A DNA stretch of 64,000 bases from Phycisphaerae bacterium (GCA_963666925.2 CAXXTC010000007.1:288001-352000), one strand, 5' to 3'; shown: positions 30,935 through 41,500, numbered from the stretch's first letter. Numbers and translations: made by a program. The notes: generated by a model from the letters alone, not told the origin.

Positions 30935-32731
30935 ATGGACCAGCAGCACATCCGCAATTTCTCGATCATCGCCCACATCGACCACGGCAAGAGCACGCTG
31001 GCGGACCGCCTGCTGCAACTGTCGGGTGCGGTCTCCGAGCGCGATCTCAGGGAGCAGTTACTCGACGGGATGGACCTAGAACGCGAGCGCGGCATAACGA
31101 TCAAGGCGTCGGCGGTAACGCTCGAGATGTCGGTCGATGGTCAGATGTACATGTTCAACCTGATCGACACGCCCGGGCACGTGGATTTTCACTACGAGGT
31201 CGACCGGGCGCTGGCGGCCTGCGACGGGGCGCTGCTGGTGGTCGACGCGACGCAGGGCGTGCAGGCCCAGACCGTCGCCAACGCCTACGCCGCCGTCGGC
31301 AACGACCTGGAAATTATCCCGGTCATCAACAAGATCGACCTGGCCAGCGCTCATCCCGAAGACGCCGCCCTCGAAGTCGAGCACGTCCTCGGCATCAGTG
31401 CCGACGATGTGCAGTTCGTCTCGGCCAAGAGTGGCGAGGGCGTGCTGGAGATGATCCAGGCGATCGCGCGCCTCCTGCCGCCGCCCAAGGGCGACGCCGA
31501 CGGGCCGCTTCAGGCACTCATTTTCGACAGCGAGTACAACGATTATCGGGGCGTGATCTGCTACATTCGGCTCGTCTCGGGCACGGTGCGCAAGGGTCAG
31601 AAGATCCTGCTCATGGGCCGGAAGCGAACGTACCTGATCACCGAATTGGGTAAGTTCCGCCCCAAGATGACCGCCTGCGAGCAGCTCTCCGCCGGCGAGA
31701 CCGGCTACATGGTCGCGAGCATCAAGGCGCTCCAGGACGTGACTGTCGGCGACACCATCACCGACGCCGTCCATCCGGCCGAGAAGCCCCTGCCCGGCTA
31801 CCAGCCGCCGCAACACATGGTGTTCTGCGATTTCTACCCGTCCAGCGGCGAGACTTACGACGCTCTGCGCGAGGCGCTCGAGCGCCTCAGCCTCAACGAT
31901 TCGTCGTTTACATTCTCACCCCAGCACAGTGATGCGCTCGGCCCGGGCTATCGGTGCGGCTTCCTCGGCCTGCTGCACATGGACATCGTCCAGGAGCGGC
32001 TCGAGCGCGAGTGCGGCGTCAGTGTCGTGCAGACCGCGCCAAGCGTCACCTACGAGGTTAAGCTGCGCGACGGGGCCGTGCAGGTGGTTGAGTCGGCCGG
32101 TGATCTGCCCGACATGGGCGCCATCGACGAGCTGCGCGAGCCGATTATCGAGATGCAGATAATCACGCCGGCCGAATGTGTCGGCAGCATCATGCAACTC
32201 GCCGAAAATCGTCGCGGCGATTTCAAGAAGCAGGAATACCTCTCGTCGACGCGTGTAATTCTGACGTACGAATTTCCGTTCAACGAGATTCTGTACGACT
32301 TTTATGACAAGCTGAAGAGCGTCACACGCGGGTATGGAACGATGGACTATCACGTCGTCGGCTATCGCGCCAGCGACCTGGTCAAGCTCGACATTCTGGT
32401 GAATACAACGCCGGTGGATGCGCTCAGCCTGATTTGTCACCGCACGCGGGCCGAGTCGCGCGGCCGGCGCTTCCTGATCAAACTTCGGCGTGAGATTGGC
32501 CGGCAACAGTTCGAGGTCCGGCTCCAGGCGGCGATTGGGCGTAAGGTGATCGCATCGGAGACGATCAAGCCATACCGCAAGGACGTGACGGCGAAATGTT
32601 ACGGTGGCGACGTAACGCGCAAGCGCAAGCTGCTGGAGAAGCAGAAGGAAGGCAAGCGGCGGATGAAGACGATCGGCCGCGTGGACATCCCGCAAAAAGC
32701 CTTCATGACCGTCCTAGATCCGGACGACTAG
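30935..32731 (+). CDS. lepA: elongation factor 4
   Basis: IRNFSIIAHIDHGKSTLADR, DTPGHVDF, GFLGLLHM and KDVTAKCYGGDVTRKRKLLEKQKEGK. Confidence 0.98.
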   Translation: MDQQHIRNFSIIAHIDHGKSTLADRLLQLSGAVSERDLREQLLDGMDLERERGITIKASAVTLEMSVDGQMYMFNLIDTPGHVDFHYEVDRALAACDGALLVVDATQGVQAQTVANAYAAVGNDLEIIPVINKIDLASAHPEDAALEVEHVLGISADDVQFVSAKSGEGVLEMIQAIARLLPPPKGDADGPLQALIFDSEYNDYRGVICYIRLVSGTVRKGQKILLMGRKRTYLITELGKFRPKMTACEQLSAGETGYMVASIKALQDVTVGDTITDAVHPAEKPLPGYQPPQHMVFCDFYPSSGETYDALREALERLSLNDSSFTFSPQHSDALGPGYRCGFLGLLHMDIVQERLERECGVSVVQTAPSVTYEVKLRDGAVQVVESAGDLPDMGAIDELREPIIEMQIITPAECVGSIMQLAENRRGDFKKQEYLSSTRVILTYEFPFNEILYDFYDKLKSVTRGYGTMDYHVVGYRASDLVKLDILVNTTPVDALSLICHRTRAESRGRRFLIKLRREIGRQQFEVRLQAAIGRKVIASETIKPYRKDVTAKCYGGDVTRKRKLLEKQKEGKRRMKTIGRVDIPQKAFMTVLDPDD

Positions 32732-32738
32732 CCACACC

Positions 32739-32780
32739 CCCTCCACCGCTTGCGGGGGAGGGGATTCAAGGGGAGGAGGT
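32739..32780. repeat. REP-like element, family C
   Basis: ccctccaccgcttgcgggggaggggattcaaggggagg resembles the copy at 56808-56848 (ctccccgcc..aggggatcaaggggaggg). Confidence 0.45.
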
Positions 32781-32938
32781 CAGCCCGCGCAGCGCGACAC
32801 CAACTCCTGCACACATCACCGACGATCCTGAACCCTGGCGAACTCTCTGCCGACCCCTAGAATGTCATAAACGGCCGGCCGGCCGGGCCGTTGTTGCCGG
32901 GCCGGGTTGATGTGGCTGGTTAGCTGGAGGCCAAGCGC

Positions 32939-34105
32939 GTGGGACCTGATACTGCTGGGCCGGATTTTGTGGACGTCGATTCGCTGCTGACCGACGACGA
33001 GCGGCAGGTACAGCAGACCGTCGGCCGCTTTGTCGACGAACGCGTTCTGCCGATCATCGCCGACTGCTTCGAGCAGGGCCGATTTCCGACCGAATTGATC
33101 CCCGAAATGGCCCAGCTCGGGCTGTTCGGGCCGACCATGCCGGACTACGGCTGTGCCGGGCTGTCGAACGTCGCGTACGGGCTGATCATGCAGGAGCTCG
33201 AACGCGGCGACAGCGGCCTGCGCAGCTTCGCCTCCGTCCAGAGCGGCCTCTGCATGTACCCGATAGACGCCTTCGGCTCCGACCAGCAGAAACAACACTA
33301 CCTACCCGCCATGGCCCGCGGCGAAACCGTCGGCTGCTTCGGCCTGACCGAGCCCGACGGCGGCTCCGATCCCGGCCACATGAAAACCACCGCCCGCCAG
33401 GCCGGCTCCGACTGGATCATCAACGGCGCCAAGATGTGGATCACCAACGGCACCCTCGCCGACGTCGCCATCGTCTGGGCCCGCACCGACGACGGAATCC
33501 GCGGCTTTCTCGTCGACAAAGACACGCCGGGCTATGCGACGCGCGATATCGAGCACAAGTTCTCGCTGCGCGCGTCGGTCACGTCCGAGCTGTATTTCGA
33601 CGATTGCCGCGTGCCCGATAGCCAGCGTCTGCCCGGCGCGACCAACCTCGCGGCCGCCTTGAGCTGCCTCACGCAGGCTCGTTACGGCATCGCCTGGGGC
33701 GCGGTCGGCGCCGCCCAGGCCTGCTATCGCGAAGCGCTCGAATTCGCCCGCAACCGCGTGCTGTTCGGAACGCCGCTGATCAACAAGCAGATCGTCCAGC
33801 AGCGTCTGGCCGACATGGCCCGACGCATCTCAACCGCCCAGCTCCTGGTCTGGCAGCTCGGCCGGCTGAAAGACCAGGGCACCATGCACCACGCCCAGGT
33901 CTCGCTGGCCAAATGGAACAACGTCCGCATGGCCCTCGACGTCGCCCGCACGGCCCGCGACATGCTCGGTGCCGGCGGCATCACCATCGAGCAAACCCCG
34001 ATCCGCCACCTGCTCAATCTTGAGAGCGTCATCACCTACGAAGGCACCGAAACGATCCACCAACTGATCGTCGGCAAGCAAATCACCGGCATAGACGCAT
34101 TCTGA
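32939..34105 (+). CDS. acyl-CoA dehydrogenase, glutaryl-CoA dehydrogenase-like
   Basis: ELERGDSGLRSFASVQSGL, GCFGLTEPDGGSDP, KMWITNG, SLRASVT, ARYGIAWG and NLESVITYEGT. Confidence 0.92.
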   Translation: MGPDTAGPDFVDVDSLLTDDERQVQQTVGRFVDERVLPIIADCFEQGRFPTELIPEMAQLGLFGPTMPDYGCAGLSNVAYGLIMQELERGDSGLRSFASVQSGLCMYPIDAFGSDQQKQHYLPAMARGETVGCFGLTEPDGGSDPGHMKTTARQAGSDWIINGAKMWITNGTLADVAIVWARTDDGIRGFLVDKDTPGYATRDIEHKFSLRASVTSELYFDDCRVPDSQRLPGATNLAAALSCLTQARYGIAWGAVGAAQACYREALEFARNRVLFGTPLINKQIVQQRLADMARRISTAQLLVWQLGRLKDQGTMHHAQVSLAKWNNVRMALDVARTARDMLGAGGITIEQTPIRHLLNLESVITYEGTETIHQLIVGKQITGIDAF

Positions 34106-34238
34106 TTTCCCGAACGGGAGCATCTTCAGAAACGATCCTGTGTGCCACTGTTCTTGAACAGTGGATTCTCAGGCTGTCTGTGTCTTATGAGAGGTGGGGC
34201 TGGCGTTTGAGTCTGCGAGTCAATTGCCCGAAGCCGAA

Positions 34239-34340
34239 GTGGGGCGGGCGTCTCGCCCGCCATGCTTGGATTGCCGATCCTCAAACGGCGGGCGGGACGC
34301 CCGCCCCACTTGTCGTACGGAGCCTCTGAGGAGATGCGTT
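34239..34340. repeat. REP/MITE-like element, family B
   Basis: Arms at 34239-34261 and 34287-34309 are near-identical to the 8915 copy. Confidence 0.85.
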
Positions 34341-34620
34341 GGCGGTAGGGGGGCTTTCGCGACGTCCACAAACGCCACCGGGCCGACCTTTTCAGGCCGG
34401 CCCGGTGCGGGTTCGCGAAAGGAAACTCGTCTGCACAGGAGAAAACAAGCCACCATCCCTGACAGCACCAGTTCTTACGCGTGCTCCCGGGCACAATCAA
34501 TCGGCCTCTGCCCGGGGCCGGTAAGAGTGCCGCCGCCGACCGCTGAGGTCGCTGCGTCGGTCAGCGGACGCGAACGAATCGCCCGCGTTGCCTGGACGGT
34601 GTCATAACTCCGTGTCAGTT

Positions 34621-36522
34621 TTACTTGTGCGGCAGGCCCAGTTTCGCCAGCGACTCGCTGATCTCGCCCAGGATGGCCGGATCGTCAATCGTCGCCGGCA
34701 TGCGGTACTCCACACCGTCGGCGATCTTCTTCATCGTCCCGCGCAGGATCTTACCGGACCGTGTCTTCGGCAGGCGCTGCACAACGACGGCCTGCTTGAA
34801 CGACGCAACCGCACCGATCTTGTCGCGGACCATCTGGATCAATTCCTTGACGATCTCGTCGTCGCCGCGGTCCACGCCGGCCTTCAGCACGACCAGCCCC
34901 ACGGGCACCTCGCCCTTCAGCTCGTCCGATACGCCGATAACCGAGCATTCCGCGACGGCCGAATGCGCCGCCAGCACCTCTTCCATCCCGCCGGTCGATA
35001 GCCGATGGCCGGCGACGTTAATGATGTCATCAATTCGGCTCATGATGAAGAGGTAGCCGTCCTCGTCGCAATAGCCGGCATCACCCGTCAGGTAATACCC
35101 CGGATACTGCGACAAATACGCATCCTTATAGCCCGCGTCGTTGTTCCACAGCGTCGGCAGACAGGCCGGTGGCAGCGGCAGCTTCACCACGATGTTGCCG
35201 ATCTTGTTGGCCGGCAGCTCCTGCCCACTCTCGTCGAGGATACGCACGTCGTACCCCGGCGCGGGCTTGGTCGGTGAGCCGGGCTTCACCGGCAACAGCT
35301 CAATCCCCATGCAGTTTGCCGCAATGGCCCACGCGGTCTCCGTCTGCCACCAGTGATCGATCACCGGCACGCCGAGCATCTTGCCGGCCCACTCCAACGT
35401 GGCCGGATCGCACCGCTCGCCCGCCAGGAACAGCGCCTTGAAGTTCTTGAGATCATAGTCTGCCAGGAACTTGCCCTCTGGGTCCTCGCGCTTAATCGCC
35501 CGGAAAGCGGTCGGTGCGGTGAACAGCACCTTGACGTTATGCTGCGAAATCACCCGCCAGAACGCGCCCGCGTCGGGCGTGCCCACCGGCTTGCCCTCGT
35601 ACACGATCGTCGTGCAGCCCTTCAGCAGCGGCGCGTAGACGATGTACGAATGCCCGACGACCCAGCCGATGTCCGAGGCGGCCCAATAAACGTCGCCCGC
35701 CTCGACGTCGTAGATGTTCTTCATTGTCCAGTACATCGCCGCCGCGTGCCCGCCGTTGTCACGCACCACGCCCTTCGGAATCCCCGTCGTGCCCGACGTG
35801 TACAGGATGTACAGCGGATCGGTCGCCTTCACCGGCACGCAATCCCGCGGCTCGGCGGCCGCACACGCTTTCTCCCAGTCCACGTCGCGCCCGGGCACCA
35901 TGCTCGCCTCCGCTTGCGGCCTCTGCATGATGATGCACTTGCTGGGCTTGCTGGTCGCCATCTCGATCGCCTGGTCGAGCAGCGGCTTGTATTCGATGAT
36001 GCGCTTGCCCTCGATGCCGCACGAGGCCGACACGATCAGCTTCGGCTTGGCATCGTTGATCCGCGTGGCCAGCTCCTTGGCGGCAAACCCGCCAAAAACC
36101 ACGCCATGCACAGCCCCGATGCGGGCACAGCCCAACATCGCGATCAGCGATTCGGGCACCATCGGCATATAGATAATCACGCGGTCGCCCTTGGTGACGC
36201 CCTGGTCGGCCAGCGCACCGGCGAACTTCGCCACCTGGTCGCGCAGCTCGGCGTACGTGATGGTGCGGACGGTGTTCGTTACCGGACTGTCGTATATGAT
36301 CGCGGGTTGGTCGCCCCGGCCGGCCGCCACGTGCCGATCTACAGCGTTATGACACGTGTTCAGCTCGCCGCCGGCGTACCAGCGGTACAGCGGCTTATTC
36401 GAGTCATCGAGAACGCGATCCCATTTACGCGCCCAGTCGATGGACTCCGCCACCTCGGCCCAGAATCCCTCAGGATCCTCCATCGAGCGTTTGTACACCG
36501 CCTCGTAGCCCGCACCACTCAT
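34621..36522 (-). CDS. prpE: propionyl-CoA synthetase
   Basis: YILYTSGTTGIPKG, WAASDIGWVVGHSY, GKPVGTPDAG, DHWWQTET, NVAGHRLSTG and LPKTRSGKILR. Confidence 0.9.
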   Translation of the reverse strand: MSGAGYEAVYKRSMEDPEGFWAEVAESIDWARKWDRVLDDSNKPLYRWYAGGELNTCHNAVDRHVAAGRGDQPAIIYDSPVTNTVRTITYAELRDQVAKFAGALADQGVTKGDRVIIYMPMVPESLIAMLGCARIGAVHGVVFGGFAAKELATRINDAKPKLIVSASCGIEGKRIIEYKPLLDQAIEMATSKPSKCIIMQRPQAEASMVPGRDVDWEKACAAAEPRDCVPVKATDPLYILYTSGTTGIPKGVVRDNGGHAAAMYWTMKNIYDVEAGDVYWAASDIGWVVGHSYIVYAPLLKGCTTIVYEGKPVGTPDAGAFWRVISQHNVKVLFTAPTAFRAIKREDPEGKFLADYDLKNFKALFLAGERCDPATLEWAGKMLGVPVIDHWWQTETAWAIAANCMGIELLPVKPGSPTKPAPGYDVRILDESGQELPANKIGNIVVKLPLPPACLPTLWNNDAGYKDAYLSQYPGYYLTGDAGYCDEDGYLFIMSRIDDIINVAGHRLSTGGMEEVLAAHSAVAECSVIGVSDELKGEVPVGLVVLKAGVDRGDDEIVKELIQMVRDKIGAVASFKQAVVVQRLPKTRSGKILRGTMKKIADGVEYRMPATIDDPAILGEISESLAKLGLPHK

Positions 36523-36706
36523 TTTGCTCTCCTCTGCCTGCTCGGGGCGCCATGTGCGCCGGCAGCACGTATCACTCAGGGTTAACCGCGATTTAACTAC
36601 GTGGAAGCGAGGTCCTCGCACCCGCCAGCGATCATACGCCCTGCACTGGTTCCGTGCAAAGGAGTGCAGAAATGCCCCAAACAAGGGCCCGTTGAGGAGA
36701 ATTGGG

Positions 36707-36736
36707 TTGACGACACGCCCGCCCCATGAATATCAT
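36707..36736 (+). promoter_or_regulatory. sigma70-like promoter
   Basis: TTGACG (36707-36712), 18-nt spacer, TATCAT (36731-36736), divergent from prpE. Confidence 0.5.
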
Positions 36737-37406
36737 GACCAGTAGCAGTTCCTGTGAGCGAAGGGGAAAGATGTCCTTCGCCCAGAATAGTATTCGTTGA
36801 AAGCTGTCAATCGTTAGTCGCCGGCGCTCGTGTTGCGCCTCGATCGCGACTCGAATGCGGAAATCCGGGCCGATTGAGTTCTAGTTTTGCTCCGATAACC
36901 ACTCACAGTGGCTCGGTGTTCGGCCGGAGTTCCCGGAACGCTATCGATTCGAGATACGGTACAAATGTGCATGTCAAACGAACGGATTTACTTGCGGCGT
37001 TCGACGCCACGACCGCGTCCGCCGCTTTGCCGCGTCAGCCACGAGGCGGGAAGGAGGTAGAGTGAGCCCCATTCTGGCCGAGTGACTCACCGGTTATGAG
37101 TCTGCCTAACGCCGATAGGCGGCCCACCTCGACGCCCGCGACGAAACCAACGCGGTCGGCAGGTCGGCAAAGCATGGGCAGCAGCAACAGGCCGGCACCC
37201 GACCGACGTTGATCACCCGCTTTTCATGGGTTTTTCTGATTTCTGCTTCCAACAACGCTCACCCTTGTATGCGGAAGATCGACACTCGGACGGACTCGCC
37301 GGCCTTTTCGCTGCGCACAACGCGGCAGGGGCCAACCTGGCCGGGCACGGGCAGCCCATCACACTTGGCACGGGGGCCACTGTTCCGAAAGCAGCATCCC
37401 ACCCCC

Positions 37407-37472
37407 TTGTGGCACCGGTTTTTAACCGGTGGGGCGTGCCGGCTACGAACCCCAATGCCACGGCTATGAGAT
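37407..37472. repeat. REP-like element, family A (long form)
   Basis: ttgtggcaccggtttttaaccggtggggcgtgccggctacgaaccccaatgccacgg is nearly identical to the copy starting at 47863. Confidence 0.85.
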
Positions 37473-37598
37473 CGGCTCCGCTTTCATCCGCAATGGTGTA
37501 CGGAGTCCATGCAGCCTGTTCTTGAGATAGCAGTGGATCAGTTGAGCAGGAGACCGTTCGCCTACGGTGAACTCTGTGCCCCGCTCCGCTCGGCCCCG

Positions 37599-38660
37599 CT
37601 ACGTCCCGATGTACCGCGCGTACACGTTCCGGGCGACGGCCGGATCACTGGTCCCTTGAACCAGCGCCCGGCCATCCGGGAACACCGCGATCACGTGGTC
37701 GTCCGTCTTGAACTTCAGCATGAATTCGTTCACCTGCGGACGCATGTGCGCCGGCAGTCGCCCGGCCAGACGCCGCAGGTTGAGTTCCTCTGTCTGGGTC
37801 GGCATGACCTGAATGGCGTTTTGGCCACACAGCGTCGTCGTCTCGACCCCGGGTTCCCGATCGAGAAACTCGAACTCATGGCGGCCGCAGCACGGACAAG
37901 CATCGCTGTGCTCGGGAGAAACATCGATCGAACGCACCCGGTGATTCCACACGTCGACAGTCGTCAGCCGCCCCGCGGCCACCGCCTCCGCGCCGCCCAC
38001 CAGCAACTGAATCGCCGCAACGCTCTGTAGATTCGCGACGATGGCCGCCGTCGCGCCGAGAATCCCCGCCGTCTCGCACGTCGGCAGCTCGCCCACCGTC
38101 GGCGGATCGGGAAAAACACACCGCAGGCAGGGCGTTCGCCCCGGCCACACCGGCAACACCAGCCCCTCGGTACCGATGCACCCGCCATAGACCCACGGCA
38201 CACCTTCGCGTACCGCCAGATCGTTGATCAGATAGCGTGTGGTGAGGTTGTCCGTCCCGTCGAGCAGCAGGTCGGCGTCTTCGCAGAGTTCGGCCGCGTT
38301 GCCGGCATGCAGGTCACAGACCCGCGCCTCGACCTCGACGCCCGAATTGACCCGGTGCAGCTTGCGGGCGGCCGCCTCCGCCTTCGGCAGGTTCTCGCGC
38401 ACGTCGGCCTCGTCAAAGAGCACCTGCCGTTGGAGGTTGTCCAGCTCGACGAAATCGCGGTCGATGATCCGCACAAACCCCACGCCGGCGCGCACCAGCG
38501 TGCTAGCAAGGTGGCTGCCCAGCGCGCCGCAGCCGACCAGCGTGACCTGGGCGTGACGCAGGCTAAGCTGACCCGCTTCGCCGATCTGCGGCAAAACGAA
38601 CTGACGCGCGTAGCGAGCCAAGCCCTTGGGGACGCGTTGAGCTTTGTTTGAATCGGTCAT
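37599..38660 (-). CDS. ThiF/MoeB family adenylyltransferase
   Basis: RYARQ, VGCGALGS, DRDFVELDNLQRQ, DGTDN, PCLRC, TCETAG, CPCC and LCGQNAIQ. Confidence 0.93.
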   Translation of the reverse strand: MTDSNKAQRVPKGLARYARQFVLPQIGEAGQLSLRHAQVTLVGCGALGSHLASTLVRAGVGFVRIIDRDFVELDNLQRQVLFDEADVRENLPKAEAAARKLHRVNSGVEVEARVCDLHAGNAAELCEDADLLLDGTDNLTTRYLINDLAVREGVPWVYGGCIGTEGLVLPVWPGRTPCLRCVFPDPPTVGELPTCETAGILGATAAIVANLQSVAAIQLLVGGAEAVAAGRLTTVDVWNHRVRSIDVSPEHSDACPCCGRHEFEFLDREPGVETTTLCGQNAIQVMPTQTEELNLRRLAGRLPAHMRPQVNEFMLKFKTDDHVIAVFPDGRALVQGTSDPAVARNVYARYIGT

Positions 38661-38682
38661 GCGCGCCACTTTAGCGCCCGGG

Positions 38683-39012
38683 TCAGCTCGTGGCCAGCAC
38701 GCCGCCGATGATGGCCCCAATGAACAGCACTAGGCTGTTGCCGACAATGAACAGAAACATGCTCAGGCCGGCAATGGCGCCGAAGATCGGCAGCCCGGAA
38801 GCGAGCGTAGCCAGAGCCGCGGTGACCGCGCCGGCCGCAACACAGGGCAGCAGAGCGGCCAGCAGCCCGTTGCTCACACCGCCTGCTTTCTTACCGCCGA
38901 CTATGCCGGCAATAAGTGGTCCGATAATCGGCAGCCAGCATAGCAGAATCAGAACCAGCAGCATCCACAGCAGCCCCCGCGTTACGCTGCCCTGACGGAT
39001 GCCGGCGGGCAT
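38683..39012 (-). CDS. small membrane protein
   Basis: Hydrophobic Gly-rich helices (WLPIIGPLIAGIVGGKKAGG), coupled by overlap with its neighbour. Confidence 0.75.
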   Translation of the reverse strand: MPAGIRQGSVTRGLLWMLLVLILLCWLPIIGPLIAGIVGGKKAGGVSNGLLAALLPCVAAGAVTAALATLASGLPIFGAIAGLSMFLFIVGNSLVLFIGAIIGGVLATS

Positions 39013-39485
39013 CAGGATTCTCCCGACGGGGGGGCGAGCGGGGGTTCGTACTGGCCGACGGCACGCGAATACTGCCAGACCTTCCAGGTGCTATGGGCGG
39101 CGCTGGCATTGACGAGGGCGAAGATGAACAGCAGGAACCCGTCCGTATCGCTGAAGTAGATCCAGATGACGCCGACGCCCAGGCACAGCAGCGTGGCCAC
39201 CAGGGAACTGAACAGGTCGACCAGCGTTGCACCGGGGAGCTTCAGCAGGCTCATCAGCAGGCCCAGCAGGATCGCAAACCCGATGCAGCGCGCACCCCAG
39301 ACGAGAACCGTCACAGACCCGTCGTAAATCGCGTCGCCGGTTACACCCACCAGCCCCAGCCCAAAACCGACGTACAGAAACAGGCCGGCAGAAATCAGCG
39401 CGGTGAAGATCGGCGGCTCCGGCGGCACGCTACGCTGCTGCGCGTCGGGCGGCGGCTGCGGTGATTGTTGCTGATCGTCGTTCAT
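39012..39485 (-). CDS. hypothetical 4-TM membrane protein
   Basis: Four hydrophobic segments. Stop overlaps the start of the next gene. Confidence 0.7.
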   Translation of the reverse strand: MNDDQQQSPQPPPDAQQRSVPPEPPIFTALISAGLFLYVGFGLGLVGVTGDAIYDGSVTVLVWGARCIGFAILLGLLMSLLKLPGATLVDLFSSLVATLLCLGVGVIWIYFSDTDGFLLFIFALVNASAAHSTWKVWQYSRAVGQYEPPLAPPSGES

Positions 39486-39706
39486 GACCCCACATCCTCC
39501 GTCTGACATCCGCCGGCAGGTCCGTCTACACCGTCATGGTAGCGGCCCGCCGCCGGCGCGTCACGCGAGATCGTCCGATAGTCAGGTCGCGTGGGCGTCC
39601 TGCCCGCCAGCGTGCGTGAGTGGGGGGTTGCGAGTCAACCGTGAAGTGGGCCGGCCGTTCTCGTCCGCCGAGCCAGTCCCCCGGGCAGTGTCGCCGCCAA
39701 CTGCAT

Positions 39707-39757
39707 AAAAAAAGTGACCGACCGAGCCAGCCCCACGGCCAACCCGATCGGCACTTT
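39707..39757 (-). terminator. probable terminator downstream of the PEP-CTERM gene
   Basis: Imperfect stem aaagtgaccgaccg / cgatcggcacttt with an A7 run that reads as a U-tract on the minus strand. Confidence 0.5.
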
Positions 39758-39789
39758 AATGGGAGATATCGTTTATCCGCGTCTTGCGG

Positions 39790-40306
39790 CTACCGGCGGC
39801 GCAGGGCCAGCACGCCCAAACCGAGCAGAAGCAGCCCGGCCGGCTCGGGAACCGGAGTCGGATAGAAAAGCTACGCCAAAGAACGACACCTGGTCAGGGT
39901 TCACGTTGTAGACCGAAAAGGTCGCCGTATCGCCCGGGTAAACCGGATCCGTGTAGAAGAAAAGGTCGATCGTGGCACCGATCGTGGCGTTGTCCACGTC
40001 CCAAGTGAGCGGGCTCTGGCTGCTCTGGGGCTCGTAAGGCGAGTCTACGACCCAATCAACCAGCGAGATATCCTGACCGCCGTACGGATCGTAAATCTCG
40101 AAATGGAAATCGCCCCAGGGTTCGCTGCCGTTATTCGTTACGGTAACGTTGACCCAGCCGGCCCAGGGGGCGTCGTCCGCGTGGATTTGCTCCTCCACCT
40201 CGCCGAGGGCCATTTCGCCAGACCAGTCAAGATCGTGAGCGGTCGCAATCGATACAACACCAGCAACCAAGACGATAGACAGCAGATAACGCATTGGGGC
40301 CATCAT
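39790..40306 (-). CDS. PEP-CTERM protein with an apparent 1-nt frameshift just before the sorting signal
   Basis: Signal peptide MRYLLSIVLVAGVVSIATA. Removing one base at the A4 run 39866-39869 gives ..FFGVAFYPTPVPEPAGLLLLGLGVLALRRR-stop. Confidence 0.85.
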
Positions 40307-40571
40307 AACTTTCCACCTCCGGGTCGACTCGCGTACACGTGTCGGCTTGACTGCCACGAGCCAAACCAACAGATGATACCCTTTTAGGCTCCCGCCGCCG
40401 AAAAGTCAATTATGTTTTTTGGAATTTCCGCTTTCACCGACCAAACCAGCCGTTGACCGCGGGCGTCGAGGGGATCCATGACGGCGGTCGGCAATCCGCC
40501 CGCGGGCCACTTCCGGCCGGCGCATCGGCCCCTTCCCACCCCGTCTGTACCCCCCTGACCGCCTCGCATCA

Positions 40572-41465
40572 TTGTCTTTATCAGGACGTTACTGGCGTCG
40601 TCTAGCAGAGCGTTGCCCAATCGGCATTCGAGTACTTGGCTCCCACGCCAAACGGAACTTGGCCAACGACAGCGCCGTGACTTACAATCATGGTGACCTT
40701 GTGGGGTCCACCATGTACCGGGCGACGTTTGATCAGCAGAATCAGCAGACCGCGGCTCAGCAGGTCACGTACACCGCGTTCGGCGAGCCGGTGGTGCCGG
40801 ACGGCGCCGGCGGCTGGACTGTCGGCGGGGAATTGCCGATCGGCATGAGCCGCTCCGGCTACGCCGGCGGGCATGGTTATGAGAGTGGCATGATCACCTT
40901 GGAGGGTGAGAACAGTGCTTTGCCGCCGATAACGCTGCTGCACGTCGGCGAGCGTTGGTACAACCCGAGCACGGGCCGCTTCGTCCAGCGCGACCCCATC
41001 GGCCTCCGCGGCGGACTGAATGTGTACGCCTACTGCGGCTCGCAGCCGATGACCGCCGTGGATCCGAGCGGGTGCACGTCGATCGTCGATTGGTTGGTGG
41101 GCGTTCTTGGCGTCGGAAGAAACGGCTGGCTGCTTGGCAAAAGATGTGGGAGCAATGTAGGGATACTCCGCTACGGCTGGACCTGGCAGCGCCGGAGCGC
41201 TCGCCGCGGGGTTTGGCGCATTGCATTGCGAGTAGGTCAACGCCATTACTATGGATGGCCCGGAGCATGGAGGCTCGCGGGACTGTTTGGATTGAGCGTC
41301 TGTGTTGGCGCCGGCGTTGGGACTATTCTAGATCATGCGCACCCAGGTACCGATAGGCCGTGGCATGAGCATATTGGTGAGTGGCTATACTGGGGCCGTG
41401 GTGAGGGAGAGTACTCGCGACAAGGCAATGGCGAGATCATACTTGAGACAGTCCGGCATTACTGA
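40572..41465 (+). CDS. orphan RHS core fragment plus C-terminal toxin tip 1 (5' end degenerate)
   Basis: YNHGDLVGST..YTAFGE..LLHVGERWYNPSTGRFVQRDPIGLRGGLNVYAYCGSQPMTAVDPSG followed by a unique C-terminus. Confidence 0.85.
   Translation: MSLSGRYWRRLAERCPIGIRVLGSHAKRNLANDSAVTYNHGDLVGSTMYRATFDQQNQQTAAQQVTYTAFGEPVVPDGAGGWTVGGELPIGMSRSGYAGGHGYESGMITLEGENSALPPITLLHVGERWYNPSTGRFVQRDPIGLRGGLNVYAYCGSQPMTAVDPSGCTSIVDWLVGVLGVGRNGWLLGKRCGSNVGILRYGWTWQRRSARRGVWRIALRVGQRHYYGWPGAWRLAGLFGLSVCVGAGVGTILDHAHPGTDRPWHEHIGEWLYWGRGEGEYSRQGNGEIILETVRHY
40671..41072 (+). repeat. RHS core direct repeat, copy 1
   Basis: About 400 bp near-identical to 41930-42331 (offset 1259). Confidence 0.95.
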
Positions 41466-41500
41466 GCCTGCTGTTGTTGGTCAAAGGGAGCGGCCCGGCC

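Noticed and set aside
37061..37110. GTG..GAG-TGA followed by a hairpin as a tiny selenopeptide
   Set aside because: The SD-to-start spacing is too short and the frame ends at TAA a few codons later. Kept only as part of the structured-RNA finding.
40320..40600. att duplicate of the tRNA-Val 3' end bounding an integrated island
   Set aside because: No copy of tgggcggcacagggctcgaacc was found there, and no integrase is in the window.
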